A stretch of 20,000 nt of DNA. Origin: an uncultured virus (IMG/VR IMGVR_UViG_3300044845_000975). Lineage: Duplodnaviria; Heunggongvirae; Uroviricota; Caudoviricetes. The DNA is taken from IMG/VR virus record IMGVR_UViG_3300044845_000975. One strand, 5' to 3'. The notes below the pieces were generated by a model. That model ran no database searches. It saw nothing but the letters and a program-made list of their open reading frames with translations, and was not told the origin of the DNA. This document shows positions 1-8,389 of this stretch, in pieces. Numbering within the stretch: the first letter of the stretch is position 1; each line of letters opens with the position of its first letter. Position numbers and translations under genes: made by a program.

Positions 1-72
1 AATTTTTTCATATAATTAATTACACATAAAAAATGAAATCTAAAACAAAAATGAAATCTAATTGAAAAATTC

Positions 73-100
73 TTGACAAATAGCAATTCTCTAGTATTAT
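73..100 (+). promoter_or_regulatory. sigma70-like promoter for rIIB
   Basis: TTGACA (73-78), 16-nt spacer, TATTAT (95-100). Confidence 0.7.
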
Positions 101-149
101 TCTTTCGAATCCCCGCAACAAAACAATAAACAAATAGATAAACAAATAA

Positions 150-1142
150 ATGGATTACATCATTAACAGCAGCAGCATCATTCTCTTCCTTGATAATAAG
201 CCAATCAAGTTTGAAAAAAGCAGTCGCCAATACGCGCAAATCATCGAGAAGTTTGACCTTCCCGCAGATCAACAAGAAAAGGCGATTCGAGAAGTTATCT
301 TTGATTCTCCCTCTTCCTTGAATAAAAATGGCTTTAAAGCCACTGATGAAGGAGTCTTTTACAAGGGCGAGAAGCTTCCAGAAGCTCTTGCTGCGAAGGT
401 TCTTAGTCTCAACAAGGAAGGTCTTCCTCTCAACTTGTTTGAAAAGTTCTGGCAGAACATCAAGGAAAATCCTTCATGCTCTTCTGTGAATGAGCTTTAT
501 GAATTCCTTTCTTACAAGGAACTGCCAATCACTGAAGATGGTTGCTTCCTTGCTTACAAAGGTGTTGATAGTAATTTCTGGAGCATTAGCGGCAACAAAG
601 ACACTAATGTTATCAAGGGTAAGGTGAACTCCTCTGGTCAAATCTACAACGCTGTTGGCGAGCGTATTGAGGTTGTGCGCCGAGATGTTGACGATGACCG
701 CAGAAATCACTGCTCTCACGGTTTGCACGTTGGCAGTCTCGACTATGCAAGCAACTTTTCTCGCGGAAAGCTTGTAGTGGTCAAGGTTAACCCGAAAGAC
801 GTTGTTAGCGTTCCAACAGACTACAGTTGCCAGAAGTGCCGAGTGAGCGCTTACGAAGTAATTAGTGAGTTTGGCGCTGAAATCAAGGCTCCCGCTGTTG
901 ATGAAAACAATGAGCCGATTATCAACACTGACTGTGCTGCGCGTGATGCCTTTGTTAACAGGGTAAAAAATTATCTTAATAAGATGATTGATAAGGGCTA
1001 CAGCGAAGTTTGTGTTCGCAAGATTCAGAACAGTTTCTCACCAGAGTATCCTTCTAAGAATCGAGTACTGGACGCTCTTGAAGAGCTTGGTTACTACTGG
1101 CACGAAGATGATGATGGTCTAATGGTGGTTCTTGAAGACTAA
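150..1142 (+). CDS. rIIB: T4 rIIB-like protein
   Basis: Motifs NPS..ELYEFL..LPITEDGCFLAYKGV, VDDDR..CSHGLHVGSLDYA and VKVNPKDVVSVPTDY..KCRVSAYEV are typical of rIIB. Confidence 0.88.
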   Translation: MDYIINSSSIILFLDNKPIKFEKSSRQYAQIIEKFDLPADQQEKAIREVIFDSPSSLNKNGFKATDEGVFYKGEKLPEALAAKVLSLNKEGLPLNLFEKFWQNIKENPSCSSVNELYEFLSYKELPITEDGCFLAYKGVDSNFWSISGNKDTNVIKGKVNSSGQIYNAVGERIEVVRRDVDDDRRNHCSHGLHVGSLDYASNFSRGKLVVVKVNPKDVVSVPTDYSCQKCRVSAYEVISEFGAEIKAPAVDENNEPIINTDCAARDAFVNRVKNYLNKMIDKGYSEVCVRKIQNSFSPEYPSKNRVLDALEELGYYWHEDDDGLMVVLED

Positions 1143-1148
1143 AAAAAT

Positions 1149-1178
1149 AAACGGGGGGAGAAATCCCCCCGTTTTTTT
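1149..1178 (+). terminator. Rho-independent terminator after rIIB
   Basis: AAACGGGGGGA-GAAA-TCCCCCCGTTTTTTT hairpin with T-tract. Confidence 0.92.
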
Positions 1179-1212
1179 GTGTATATTTAAATGCCAGAGT
1201 GTATATATGATT

Positions 1213-1494
1213 ATGGCATATTCTTCTTCACCGCAGACTTACTTAGGAGCGTCTTTAGGTGCTTTTGGCAGCACAATCATCACTGGTACAGGTATTTACA
1301 CTGGTAATTGGTGTGCTATTCGTTCTTTGGACGTTAACTTCACCTTTGGTCAAAACATTTCTGGCGACAATATTACTAATGGAATTTATTTAACAGGCAA
1401 AGCTTTCGCTGCTCCAACAGAAATCTTGGGCAACTTCACTAGAATCCAGTTAATCACTGGTGCTTGTCAAGCTTTTGTTGTTCCAACTACTTAA
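1213..1494 (+). CDS. Small Gly/Thr-rich beta-type protein, possibly virion-associated
   Basis: Track start 1132 runs through the terminator, so ATG 1207 or 1213 is more likely; G/T-rich, low-charge composition. Confidence 0.65.
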   Translation: MAYSSSPQTYLGASLGAFGSTIITGTGIYTGNWCAIRSLDVNFTFGQNISGDNITNGIYLTGKAFAAPTEILGNFTRIQLITGACQAFVVPTT

Positions 1495-1498
1495 TTTT

Positions 1499-2377
1499 AT
1501 GATTGGATTACGACGATCTTTTTTTGCAACTTCTAGTAATCCTCTTTTAAGGGATTTATATTTATTAGGTAAAAAGTACGACGGTTATTTTAATGATGAC
1601 TTGAATTTTTTCACTATTAACGGCCCAATTGCCACAGCGCAAACTTATAATATTTCTGGTTTCACTAACAGCGCAGATAATTATTCTTGGTTATTTAAAG
1701 GATATTTTATTCCAACAACAACCGAGACATACACATTTTATACTAATTCTGACGATGCGAGTTATTTATGGATTGGTGTTGACGCTTCTGGCGATTCAAC
1801 AACGAGCAATGCTCTTGTGAATAATGGCTCCACACATCCGCTTCAAGAAAGAAGTGGTTCAGTAGCTTTACAAGCTAACACACTTTATCCGATCAAAATT
1901 GCTTTTGGAGAAAGCGTTGGCGATGATACTTTAACTGTTTCCTTTTCAACTCCAACAATCAATAAAACAACAAATGGCTTTAACTTCTACAGAGGTGGCC
2001 AATACGCTTGGAATAATTGGAGTGAAAATGTTACGCCAACTCCGACTCCGACTCCAACTCCGCCGCCACCAACTCCGACTCCGCCGCCAGTAAATACGTT
2101 TTCATTAGGGTTTGCCAATATTTCTCAAGAGTCATGCACTGCTTTAAGAACTAATTACTACAGTGATTCTGCTTTATTACAAGCTGGTTCAAGCTTGTAT
2201 CAAGACAACACACTAGCTAACCCTGTCAATGCTGGAAGTTATTCTGATGGAACTGATGTTTTTGTAGTAATTGGTGGTGGTGGGTCTATTTCATACGTAG
2301 AAGCGGGTATTTGTAGTACACCACCTCCTCCAACACCAACACCACCTCCTCCAACGCCTACTCCAACACCTCCGTAA
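1499..2377 (+). CDS. PA14/GLEYA-type domain protein with Pro-Thr linkers (putative glycan-binding virion protein)
   Basis: YSWLFKGYFIP..TYTFYTNSDDASYLWIG..LVNNGSTH..ERSGSVAL..YPIKIAFGE..GDD is a PA14 signature; two P/T tracts; start ATG 1499. Confidence 0.8.
   Translation: MIGLRRSFFATSSNPLLRDLYLLGKKYDGYFNDDLNFFTINGPIATAQTYNISGFTNSADNYSWLFKGYFIPTTTETYTFYTNSDDASYLWIGVDASGDSTTSNALVNNGSTHPLQERSGSVALQANTLYPIKIAFGESVGDDTLTVSFSTPTINKTTNGFNFYRGGQYAWNNWSENVTPTPTPTPTPPPPTPTPPPVNTFSLGFANISQESCTALRTNYYSDSALLQAGSSLYQDNTLANPVNAGSYSDGTDVFVVIGGGGSISYVEAGICSTPPPPTPTPPPPTPTPTPP
2031..2090 (+). repeat. Pro-Thr coding tandem repeat (linker 1)
   Basis: ACTCCG/ACTCCA/CCG repeats encoding TPTPTPTPTPPPPTPTPPP. Confidence 0.85.
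2318..2374 (+). repeat. Pro-Thr coding tandem repeat (C-terminal)
   Basis: Encodes TPPPPTPTPPPPTPTPTPP up to the stop. Confidence 0.85.
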
Positions 2378-2390
2378 GCTTAAATATAAT

Positions 2391-2422
2391 AAAAACCCAC
2401 TCTCAAAAGAGTGGGTTTTTTT
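2391..2422 (+). terminator. Rho-independent terminator (possibly bidirectional)
   Basis: AAAAACCCACTCT-CAAA-AGAGTGGGTTTTTTT. Confidence 0.92.
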
Positions 2423-2471
2423 GTTTCTTGCGTTGAGCCTAGTGATTTAACGAATATATAGCATTATTCTC

Positions 2472-2499
2472 TTGACAAAAGGGTTTTCCTGCGTATAAT
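2472..2499 (+). promoter_or_regulatory. Consensus sigma70-like promoter
   Basis: TTGACA-N16-TATAAT, 9 nt before ATG 2509. Confidence 0.85.
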
Positions 2500-2508
2500 T
2501 TAAGTCCC

Positions 2509-2973
2509 ATGCAAGCTTTAACAGAACAACTCCTGAAACTATGGTACGAATTAATTGGCGGCGATCATCACAAAGATCGTGACTGTCATTTTTACATCGA
2601 AAGAAACTTCTCTACTTATAAGCGATCAAGGTGGAGACTACATCATCGCGGTTATTTGCTTGACGATATTGAAGAAGTTTACAATACTTACAAAGAAGCA
2701 GAAAAAGGATTGCAGGAGCTTTTGACTGAAAAAATCAAAGAATTTTGCGAAACTGACCCTCTTGAAGAGAGGTGCGAGAGAGAAGTCGAAGTATTAAAAA
2801 AACTAAATAAACTTTTGGAAGGGGATGACTCACCTGCTGATGAACCTCAAAAAGATGGAACCATTTGCCCAATTTGCGGGAACGCATTTTTAACTTATTT
2901 TATACCATTAGACCCTTTATCAAAAGAGAATTTAATTTGCGGAGCTTGCAGCAGCGTTTTCAGGTCAGAATAG
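2509..2973 (+). CDS. Hypothetical protein with C-terminal zinc ribbon
   Basis: 154 aa ORF; CPIC...CGAC; HHKDRDCHF motif; own promoter. Confidence 0.75.
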   Translation: MQALTEQLLKLWYELIGGDHHKDRDCHFYIERNFSTYKRSRWRLHHRGYLLDDIEEVYNTYKEAEKGLQELLTEKIKEFCETDPLEERCEREVEVLKKLNKLLEGDDSPADEPQKDGTICPICGNAFLTYFIPLDPLSKENLICGACSSVFRSE

Positions 2974-3016
2974 TAAAAATGTTTTTATTTTAAATTTATT
3001 ATAATATATAACCAGT

Positions 3017-3592
3017 ATGACAACAGAACAAATCAAAGCAATGCAATTAAAAATCGGCGTAACTCCAGACGGATTTTGGGGGCCAAAATCAATCGCTGCA
3101 TGTCAAAAATACCTTCGATCATTAATGCCAAAAGTTAATCCTTGGCCCAAGAGCGATACAGCTTCAATGTGCCGCTTTTACGGTAATCCTGGCGATGAAA
3201 AAAATCTTGTGACTGTGGATTTCCCATTCACCACTTTTTACGAAGGCAAGAAAATCACAAAATTTCGTTGCCACAAGAAAGTCGCAGATTCTCTTGTTCG
3301 AATCTTAAAAAATATCGGAGAAAAATACGGCAAAAACCGTGAAATCATGGAGGAAGCTGAAGATTTTGGCGGCGTTTATAATTTCCGCAATAAGCGGGGA
3401 GGTTCCAGCTACAGCGTTCACGCATGGGGCGCAGCGATTGATCTTGATGCTGATGACAATACTTTTCGCGACTCTTGGCCCATGAAAGCAGACATGCCTC
3501 TTGAAATCATGGAAGAATTCTCAAAAGAAGGTTGGCTATCTGCTGGTGCTTTTTGGAATTACGACGCAATGCACTTCCAGGCAACGAGATAA
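3017..3592 (+). CDS. M15-family metallopeptidase (probable endolysin) with short N-terminal peptidoglycan-binding-like segment
   Basis: GGVYNFR, SVHAWGAAIDL (SxHxxGxAxD Zn motif), DAMHFQ; N-terminal QLKIGVTPDGFWGPKS. Confidence 0.85.
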   Translation: MTTEQIKAMQLKIGVTPDGFWGPKSIAACQKYLRSLMPKVNPWPKSDTASMCRFYGNPGDEKNLVTVDFPFTTFYEGKKITKFRCHKKVADSLVRILKNIGEKYGKNREIMEEAEDFGGVYNFRNKRGGSSYSVHAWGAAIDLDADDNTFRDSWPMKADMPLEIMEEFSKEGWLSAGAFWNYDAMHFQATR

Positions 3593-3640
3593 ATTTAAAA
3601 AACTCTTGACAACAAACCAAACTTGCGCCATGTTTTTGCA

Positions 3641-3841
3641 ATGAACGAAGAAATTGCAATGAAATTAATTCCTCCAGCCCAACGCCTTTATAATATTGTA
3701 ATGGATGAGTTAGATGAGCGATGTGAAATATATGAAAAAAACTTCTTTTCCGATGAAGATAAGTATCATATTCTACGCTATCTAACAAACATGTTGGAAA
3801 CAGAAGAAGCTCAACTCTATAAAAAACTAAATGAAAATTAA
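3641..3841 (+). CDS. Hypothetical protein
   Basis: ATG 3641 follows TTGACA at 3606; acidic 66 aa; overlaps next start. Confidence 0.6.
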   Translation: MNEEIAMKLIPPAQRLYNIVMDELDERCEIYEKNFFSDEDKYHILRYLTNMLETEEAQLYKKLNEN

Positions 3842-4223
3842 GATCACTGAGATTGATACAGAAGAAGGCAAAACGCCAATCGAGCTTGAAGACATTGAAC
3901 TTTCCGAAAACAAGCATGGTCAAATTATTCTGTCTTTTAACACAAAGAATCACAAGTATCTTGACATTGGTTACGGCATTGCATCTTTTCATGTTGATGG
4001 AGAGTATTGCGAGTTTGGATCAAGAGGTTTTGTAATTGAAACGAATGATCTTTTTCAACCAAAGGAGTTATCTTTTGAAATTCCAGAAAGTTCTCTCACT
4101 CTTTACTTGATTCCAGAGAGTGATGAAGAAAAGCAAAAGCTTTGGGGCATCTCAGCTATTTTACCGCAAAAATGGAGTTATGTTATTTGTATTGTTCCAT
4201 ACAAAGACTTTTATAAACATTAA
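3831..4223 (+). CDS. Hypothetical protein
   Basis: 130 aa ORF tightly packed with neighbours. Confidence 0.7.
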   Translation: MKIKITEIDTEEGKTPIELEDIELSENKHGQIILSFNTKNHKYLDIGYGIASFHVDGEYCEFGSRGFVIETNDLFQPKELSFEIPESSLTLYLIPESDEEKQKLWGISAILPQKWSYVICIVPYKDFYKH

Positions 4224-4225
4224 TT

Positions 4226-4501
4226 ATGATTGAAGACATTGCCATTCCTCATGACATTCGGGAAGCTGCCCAAAAGGTTTCAGACTATGCTAAAATGCAG
4301 GGTTGGGGAGATCAGTGGTGCATTGGGGGCGTGTCTAGTCGCGCCACGCACGACGCTTACATTGACTACAAAACTGAATACAATGAGCTACTGAGTATTT
4401 GCGCCTCTATTTGTTATGCGCGAATTGCCATGAACGAGACTCTAGTAAGGAAAGGGTTAAATGAACTTGACAATTACTTTCGAGAAGAGAATGTGAATTA
4501 A
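4226..4501 (+). CDS. Hypothetical protein
   Basis: 91 aa; 2 nt after previous stop. Confidence 0.7.
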   Translation: MIEDIAIPHDIREAAQKVSDYAKMQGWGDQWCIGGVSSRATHDAYIDYKTEYNELLSICASICYARIAMNETLVRKGLNELDNYFREENVN

Positions 4502-4502
4502 T

Positions 4503-4766
4503 ATGAAACTACAATGCAAACTCTGCGGTAAAAATTTACATAGCAACGAAATGCTATCAGCGCCAAACCCTTTTGATGCTGACGATATTCTTCAAGCTTG
4601 CCCAGATTGTAAACAGATTACAGATGGATTCGATCATATCTGCGACATTGACGGCTGTAAAAATTTTGCTGGCTGCGGATTTCCCGTGCCCAAAAAATAT
4701 AAAAGTCTTTTCCCGCAGGATTATCTATACACTTGCCACAAACATTGGAAACAATACGAAAAATAG
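4503..4766 (+). CDS. Cys-rich putative zinc-binding protein
   Basis: CKLC, CPDC, CDIDGC..C, CHKH. Confidence 0.7.
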   Translation: MKLQCKLCGKNLHSNEMLSAPNPFDADDILQACPDCKQITDGFDHICDIDGCKNFAGCGFPVPKKYKSLFPQDYLYTCHKHWKQYEK

Positions 4767-4767
4767 T

Positions 4768-4923
4768 ATGAGAAATTTTATCAAAGAGATCGTAAAGCAA
4801 TTAAAAATTGAAATAAAATTGATAACTTCAAACCCAGAAATTCTTGCGGCGGTTTTTTTGATTTTTTTATACCTCATGTTTTTAGCTTCAATACTCATTT
4901 CTATCTTGACAAAAGTACAATAA
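4768..4923 (+). CDS. Small membrane protein
   Basis: ATG 1 nt after previous stop; 51 aa with one hydrophobic helix. Confidence 0.55.
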   Translation: MRNFIKEIVKQLKIEIKLITSNPEILAAVFLIFLYLMFLASILISILTKVQ

Positions 4924-5030
4924 CAACATACAGTATTTGAATTAAAGAATGAACATTCATCCCTTATGTTATTTTGATATGGCGCAGGAAGAAATCGAAG
5001 CTTTCTTAGCTAAAACACAGTCACAAACTA

Positions 5031-5303
5031 ATGATTAAAATTAGCGAAATCCTTAACTACGGCGGAGCTTGCCCCTTTCAAATCGACGCTCTTACAAATG
5101 ATAATCGAAGAATCTATGGTCGTTATAGACACGGTTATGTTCGCGTTTACATTAGTAAAACTGGTGATTTGACAGATGATGCAGCAATAGATGGTGATTT
5201 AATCTACAGACATGACACTGGCAGACCGTATGATGGATACATGAGCTTAGAAGAGTTTAAAGAAAAAACTAAATCCGTTCTTGACTGGTCTGAAACAAAT
5301 TAA
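5031..5303 (+). CDS. Hypothetical phage protein
   Basis: ACPFQ..IYGRYRHG resembles a widespread small phage family (from recall). Confidence 0.7.
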   Translation: MIKISEILNYGGACPFQIDALTNDNRRIYGRYRHGYVRVYISKTGDLTDDAAIDGDLIYRHDTGRPYDGYMSLEEFKEKTKSVLDWSETN

Positions 5304-5315
5304 ACAATAAATATC

Positions 5316-5567
5316 ATGGGAGAATGGACACATGTAGAAGGCTCTCACAACTCTAAGAGAGTCTCAATGAAAAAATTAACTGAGTTAATCATTGGAGACG
5401 ATGAATTAGTGTTTGGAAAACAAGAGAATGGAGAAGATTTTGTTTTTCATTTTTCTGGTTCTGGACTCGTTGCCGCTAAAAAACTAGAAGCAGTAACCAC
5501 GGAGTTTAAAAGATTAGATAAAAATGCTCGATTGCACATGATCGCAACAATAGATTTTTACGCATAA
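5316..5567 (+). CDS. Hypothetical protein
   Basis: 83 aa; leader AATTAAACAATAAATAT. Confidence 0.7.
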   Translation: MGEWTHVEGSHNSKRVSMKKLTELIIGDDELVFGKQENGEDFVFHFSGSGLVAAKKLEAVTTEFKRLDKNARLHMIATIDFYA

Positions 5568-5605
5568 AGAAAACGGAGCAAAGCATTAATTAAACAATAA
5601 ATATT

Positions 5606-5764
5606 ATGGTGAGTTTTATAATTCAAGCAATGCATCTTTTGTTTTGCTGGTGTTACACAGTGTTTATGAATTTATTATGGCATTTTAATATCGTAAATAC
5701 TCAGTGCAAAAACAGAGCTTCGCGAAATTATCAAAGAGCCGCCGAATCTTTTGGCAAATGTTAG
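5606..5764 (+). CDS. Small hypothetical protein (52 aa, not in ORF track)
   Basis: MVSFIIQAMHLLFCW...FGKC; same 17-nt leader as the ORF at 5316. Confidence 0.45.
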   Translation: MVSFIIQAMHLLFCWCYTVFMNLLWHFNIVNTQCKNRASRNYQRAAESFGKC

Positions 5765-5797
5765 TTGACTAAATAGAAAAACTTGGTATCTTTTTAC

Positions 5798-6091
5798 ATG
5801 CAAAAGCTAAAACGCAACAATTGGAGCAACGACGAAATCGTTTATTTGGTTAACCAAATGAAACTAGAGGAAAACGCAAGTAAATTCTATGAAAGCGTAG
5901 AGAGTTATAATGAAGCGTTGAATGATGTCATGACATTATTCTTGGACTTTGAGCAACCCGTTACTGAATGGGGAGCACTTTCTTATGGCTTGGAAGACAA
6001 ATTCATCGTTCATACAGGCGGAGTGCCAGAAGAACATGAAGAGTATTTCCTCGCGGAGCGAGTAGATAACACTGCAAATATTTTAAATTAA
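5798..6091 (+). CDS. Hypothetical protein
   Basis: Acidic ORF; ATG 5798 preferred over TTG 5783. Confidence 0.65.
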   Translation: MQKLKRNNWSNDEIVYLVNQMKLEENASKFYESVESYNEALNDVMTLFLDFEQPVTEWGALSYGLEDKFIVHTGGVPEEHEEYFLAERVDNTANILN

Positions 6092-6109
6092 TTTAATTTA
6101 CTTAACAAA

Positions 6110-6601
6110 ATGAATAAAATGTATCTAGTATTAGGTGATTGGTCAGATGATGGCCATGGAAAGTATGACAAAGTGCTTGTTGAAAGCAACAAAAGTGTTG
6201 AAGAGATTCAGGATGCATACAAAGCATCTTGCAAGCTAACTGGTGTATCATTTAATCACAACGAAGATTTCACCGAGCGAAAAAGAAATTACAAAGAAAA
6301 ACAAAAGTATCAGATTGCTACTGAATATGAACAAGGCTTTAATGTCTCTGATGAGGCCAAACAAGCACTGAGAGATGCTGGATTCGATGTAGAAAAGCAT
6401 TTTGCTTATGGTATGGATGAAGATAATGACCAGATTGAAGATAATGATGTTATCTTTCTTTACCTCTGGACTGAGTTTGTCAAGCTGAGTTTACCTGATC
6501 TCATTATTAACAAAATTCCAGAAGACGATAATATTCCAGTTATCAATGGTTACTGGGATAAAAATCTCAATGTGCAATTTGGTTACGGATTATATCATTA
6601 A
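6110..6601 (+). CDS. Conserved-looking hypothetical phage protein
   Basis: 163 aa; LGDWSDDGHGK N-terminus and FGYGLY C-terminus. Confidence 0.75.
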   Translation: MNKMYLVLGDWSDDGHGKYDKVLVESNKSVEEIQDAYKASCKLTGVSFNHNEDFTERKRNYKEKQKYQIATEYEQGFNVSDEAKQALRDAGFDVEKHFAYGMDEDNDQIEDNDVIFLYLWTEFVKLSLPDLIINKIPEDDNIPVINGYWDKNLNVQFGYGLYH

Positions 6602-6608
6602 ATTTTAC

Positions 6609-6636
6609 TTGACTTCATCAGGAACCTCTATACATT
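6609..6636 (+). promoter_or_regulatory. Promoter for a leaderless transcript
   Basis: TTGACT-N16-TACATT, 6 nt before ATG 6643. Confidence 0.7.
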
Positions 6637-6642
6637 AACTAC

Positions 6643-6948
6643 ATGAAAAGAATCATTTTAGAAAAAGAAAAAGAAAAACAAACAATTGATTTGGCTGATG
6701 TTAATTACATCGCATATCCACTTATAGGAGCGTGTCATAAATCTTCAAAAGAAAAAGCTTTTGTTGTTATGACTGATTACGAAAACCGTAATGCATACAA
6801 GCTAATGTGTCTAGGTGGTTTTGAAAGAGGTAATAGTTATGATAGCAAAGAGTTTTCTGGTATATTGGAGAACATCTTTAAACATTGTGGGTATGATTTC
6901 TTTTTGTTTGATACACCCAAAGAACTCTTTGCTTGGTTAGCAGAATAA
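6643..6948 (+). CDS. Hypothetical protein
   Basis: 101 aa; own promoter. Confidence 0.72.
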   Translation: MKRIILEKEKEKQTIDLADVNYIAYPLIGACHKSSKEKAFVVMTDYENRNAYKLMCLGGFERGNSYDSKEFSGILENIFKHCGYDFFLFDTPKELFAWLAE

Positions 6949-6959
6949 AGAATAAAAAC

Positions 6960-7358
6960 ATGAAAAGAATCATTAACTTCATCAAAAGCCTTAAATTTAT
7001 TTTCATGCCTCATTACTGGATTATGCTAGGCAAGTATGACTCAGCATGGGATGCTAAACTCAATGAGTTGGCCAAAGAGCATAAGTTTAAATCTGAAGCT
7101 GTAAAACATAGTGACTGCATCTGCTATGCATCTTTGGGTGGTGTTCACATGTGGGTTGGCAGTTACCCTTACTCCTTTTTTGCAAAAGTTACCATAAAAT
7201 CAATATTCACTATTAGTGATGTTGAACGTGTTGTTTTTTATGAGTATCAAGACAATTATACTCAATCTCGTCCAAGTCGTTTAACCATTCATAAACTCAC
7301 TAAGAAATTACTTGCTGATTTGAACATGAAAGACGTTAACCTTAAAATTGAAAAATAA
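6960..7358 (+). CDS. Hypothetical protein
   Basis: ATG 6960 after an A-rich leader. Confidence 0.68.
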   Translation: MKRIINFIKSLKFIFMPHYWIMLGKYDSAWDAKLNELAKEHKFKSEAVKHSDCICYASLGGVHMWVGSYPYSFFAKVTIKSIFTISDVERVVFYEYQDNYTQSRPSRLTIHKLTKKLLADLNMKDVNLKIEK

Positions 7359-7359
7359 T

Positions 7360-7539
7360 ATGAGTGAACAACTATCTAGCTTGTTGGGTTTATTAGCTGT
7401 AATTATTATAACTGTTTGTGCATTTATGGTTGCCGAACAACGAGATCAACTAAAAGCAGAAGCAGTAAAGCGTGGCTTTGCAGAGTGGATTGTAATAGGA
7501 CAAAATCAAACAGAATTCAAGTGGAAGGATAAACAATGA
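7360..7539 (+). CDS. Small single-pass membrane protein (paralog A)
   Basis: N-terminal TM helix; KRGFAEW..TEFKWKDKQ. Confidence 0.7.
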   Translation: MSEQLSSLLGLLAVIIITVCAFMVAEQRDQLKAEAVKRGFAEWIVIGQNQTEFKWKDKQ

Positions 7540-7718
7540 ACGACAATAACATTTTATTAGCAGTTATATTTGTATTTGGGTTAGTTTTTGGCTTTGTTTT
7601 TGGTTTTGCAATAACCTCTGATCATTGGCGACAAGAAATTATTAACAAAGGCTTCGCAGAGTGGCATCTTGTTGATGGAACAAGAGAAACAGAATTCAAA
7701 TGGAAGGAAAAACAGTGA
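7536..7718 (+). CDS. Small single-pass membrane protein (paralog B)
   Basis: ATGA overlap; TM helix; KGFAEW..TEFKWKEKQ. Confidence 0.7.
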   Translation: MNDNNILLAVIFVFGLVFGFVFGFAITSDHWRQEIINKGFAEWHLVDGTRETEFKWKEKQ

Positions 7719-7894
7719 CGAAAACAATAATTATTATGCCATTTTTATTGGCGCTATGGTCTTTGGGAGAGCAATCAGTGTCAATCACTTACTCTCAAAT
7801 CTTTGCCGACAAACAAATTGTCGTCACAGAAAAACTTAAGCTTTGGCAATCTTTAACTATTTTAACTAAAAAAGGATTCATTCGATATGAGTAA
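7715..7894 (+). CDS. Hypothetical protein
   Basis: GTGA start/stop overlap with previous gene. Confidence 0.45.
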   Translation: MTKTIIIMPFLLALWSLGEQSVSITYSQIFADKQIVVTEKLKLWQSLTILTKKGFIRYE

Positions 7895-8111
7895 AAAATC
7901 AAAATATAAAAAATCCCCGTATTATGGGCTTAGAGTAGCCACGAAAAAGGGTGAAACAGCAGTAGTTATTGCGGATTCTTTGTTTCCAAAGTTGAGAATC
8001 GTACTGGATGGTTGTGAAACTGTCTTGCTTATTCACAAAGATGAATTGTATTTTCCCAATCACTCCGAAGGTTATAATCAAAAAGTTTTTACGCTATGCT
8101 CGAAGAATTAA
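7887..8111 (+). CDS. Hypothetical protein
   Basis: 74 aa, overlapping neighbours. Confidence 0.55.
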   Translation: MSKKSKYKKSPYYGLRVATKKGETAVVIADSLFPKLRIVLDGCETVLLIHKDELYFPNHSEGYNQKVFTLCSKN

Positions 8112-8326
8112 GAACTTTTCTAGCTACTTGTGATAACTGCGGATACAGTCAGAAGTTTACATGCGACAAAGAACAGTACCCGCCCCTGTGGGGAAAAGCT
8201 ATTCAGCAGCAGCACATTGGCTCTCGAATGGAAGAGTTGAGAGATGCGTTGTGCCCAGATTGCATTATTAATATTGTTTCTGGAAGCAGCGTAAAATATG
8301 CAAAATCAACTGTTCATAAATATTAA
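8096..8326 (+). CDS. Putative zinc-finger protein
   Basis: TCDNCG...W...LCPDC. Confidence 0.65.
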   Translation: MLEELRTFLATCDNCGYSQKFTCDKEQYPPLWGKAIQQQHIGSRMEELRDALCPDCIINIVSGSSVKYAKSTVHKY

Positions 8327-8355
8327 ATAACTAATAAACAAGAAGAGAATAACAC

Positions 8356-8383
8356 TTGACAAAACATCTAAAGTAGATATAGT
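8356..8383 (+). promoter_or_regulatory. Promoter for a leaderless transcript
   Basis: TTGACA-N16-TATAGT, 6 nt before ATG 8390. Confidence 0.8.
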
Positions 8384-8389
8384 AACATC

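Noticed and set aside
1132..1212. Long N-terminus of ORF 1132-1494
   Set aside because: It reads through the rIIB terminator; a downstream ATG fits better.
3507..3992. 161-aa minus-strand ORF and similar shadows (474-728, 12297-12680, 15663-15983, 17167-17481, 18810-19115)
   Set aside because: They overlap better-supported genes or tRNAs on the opposite strand.
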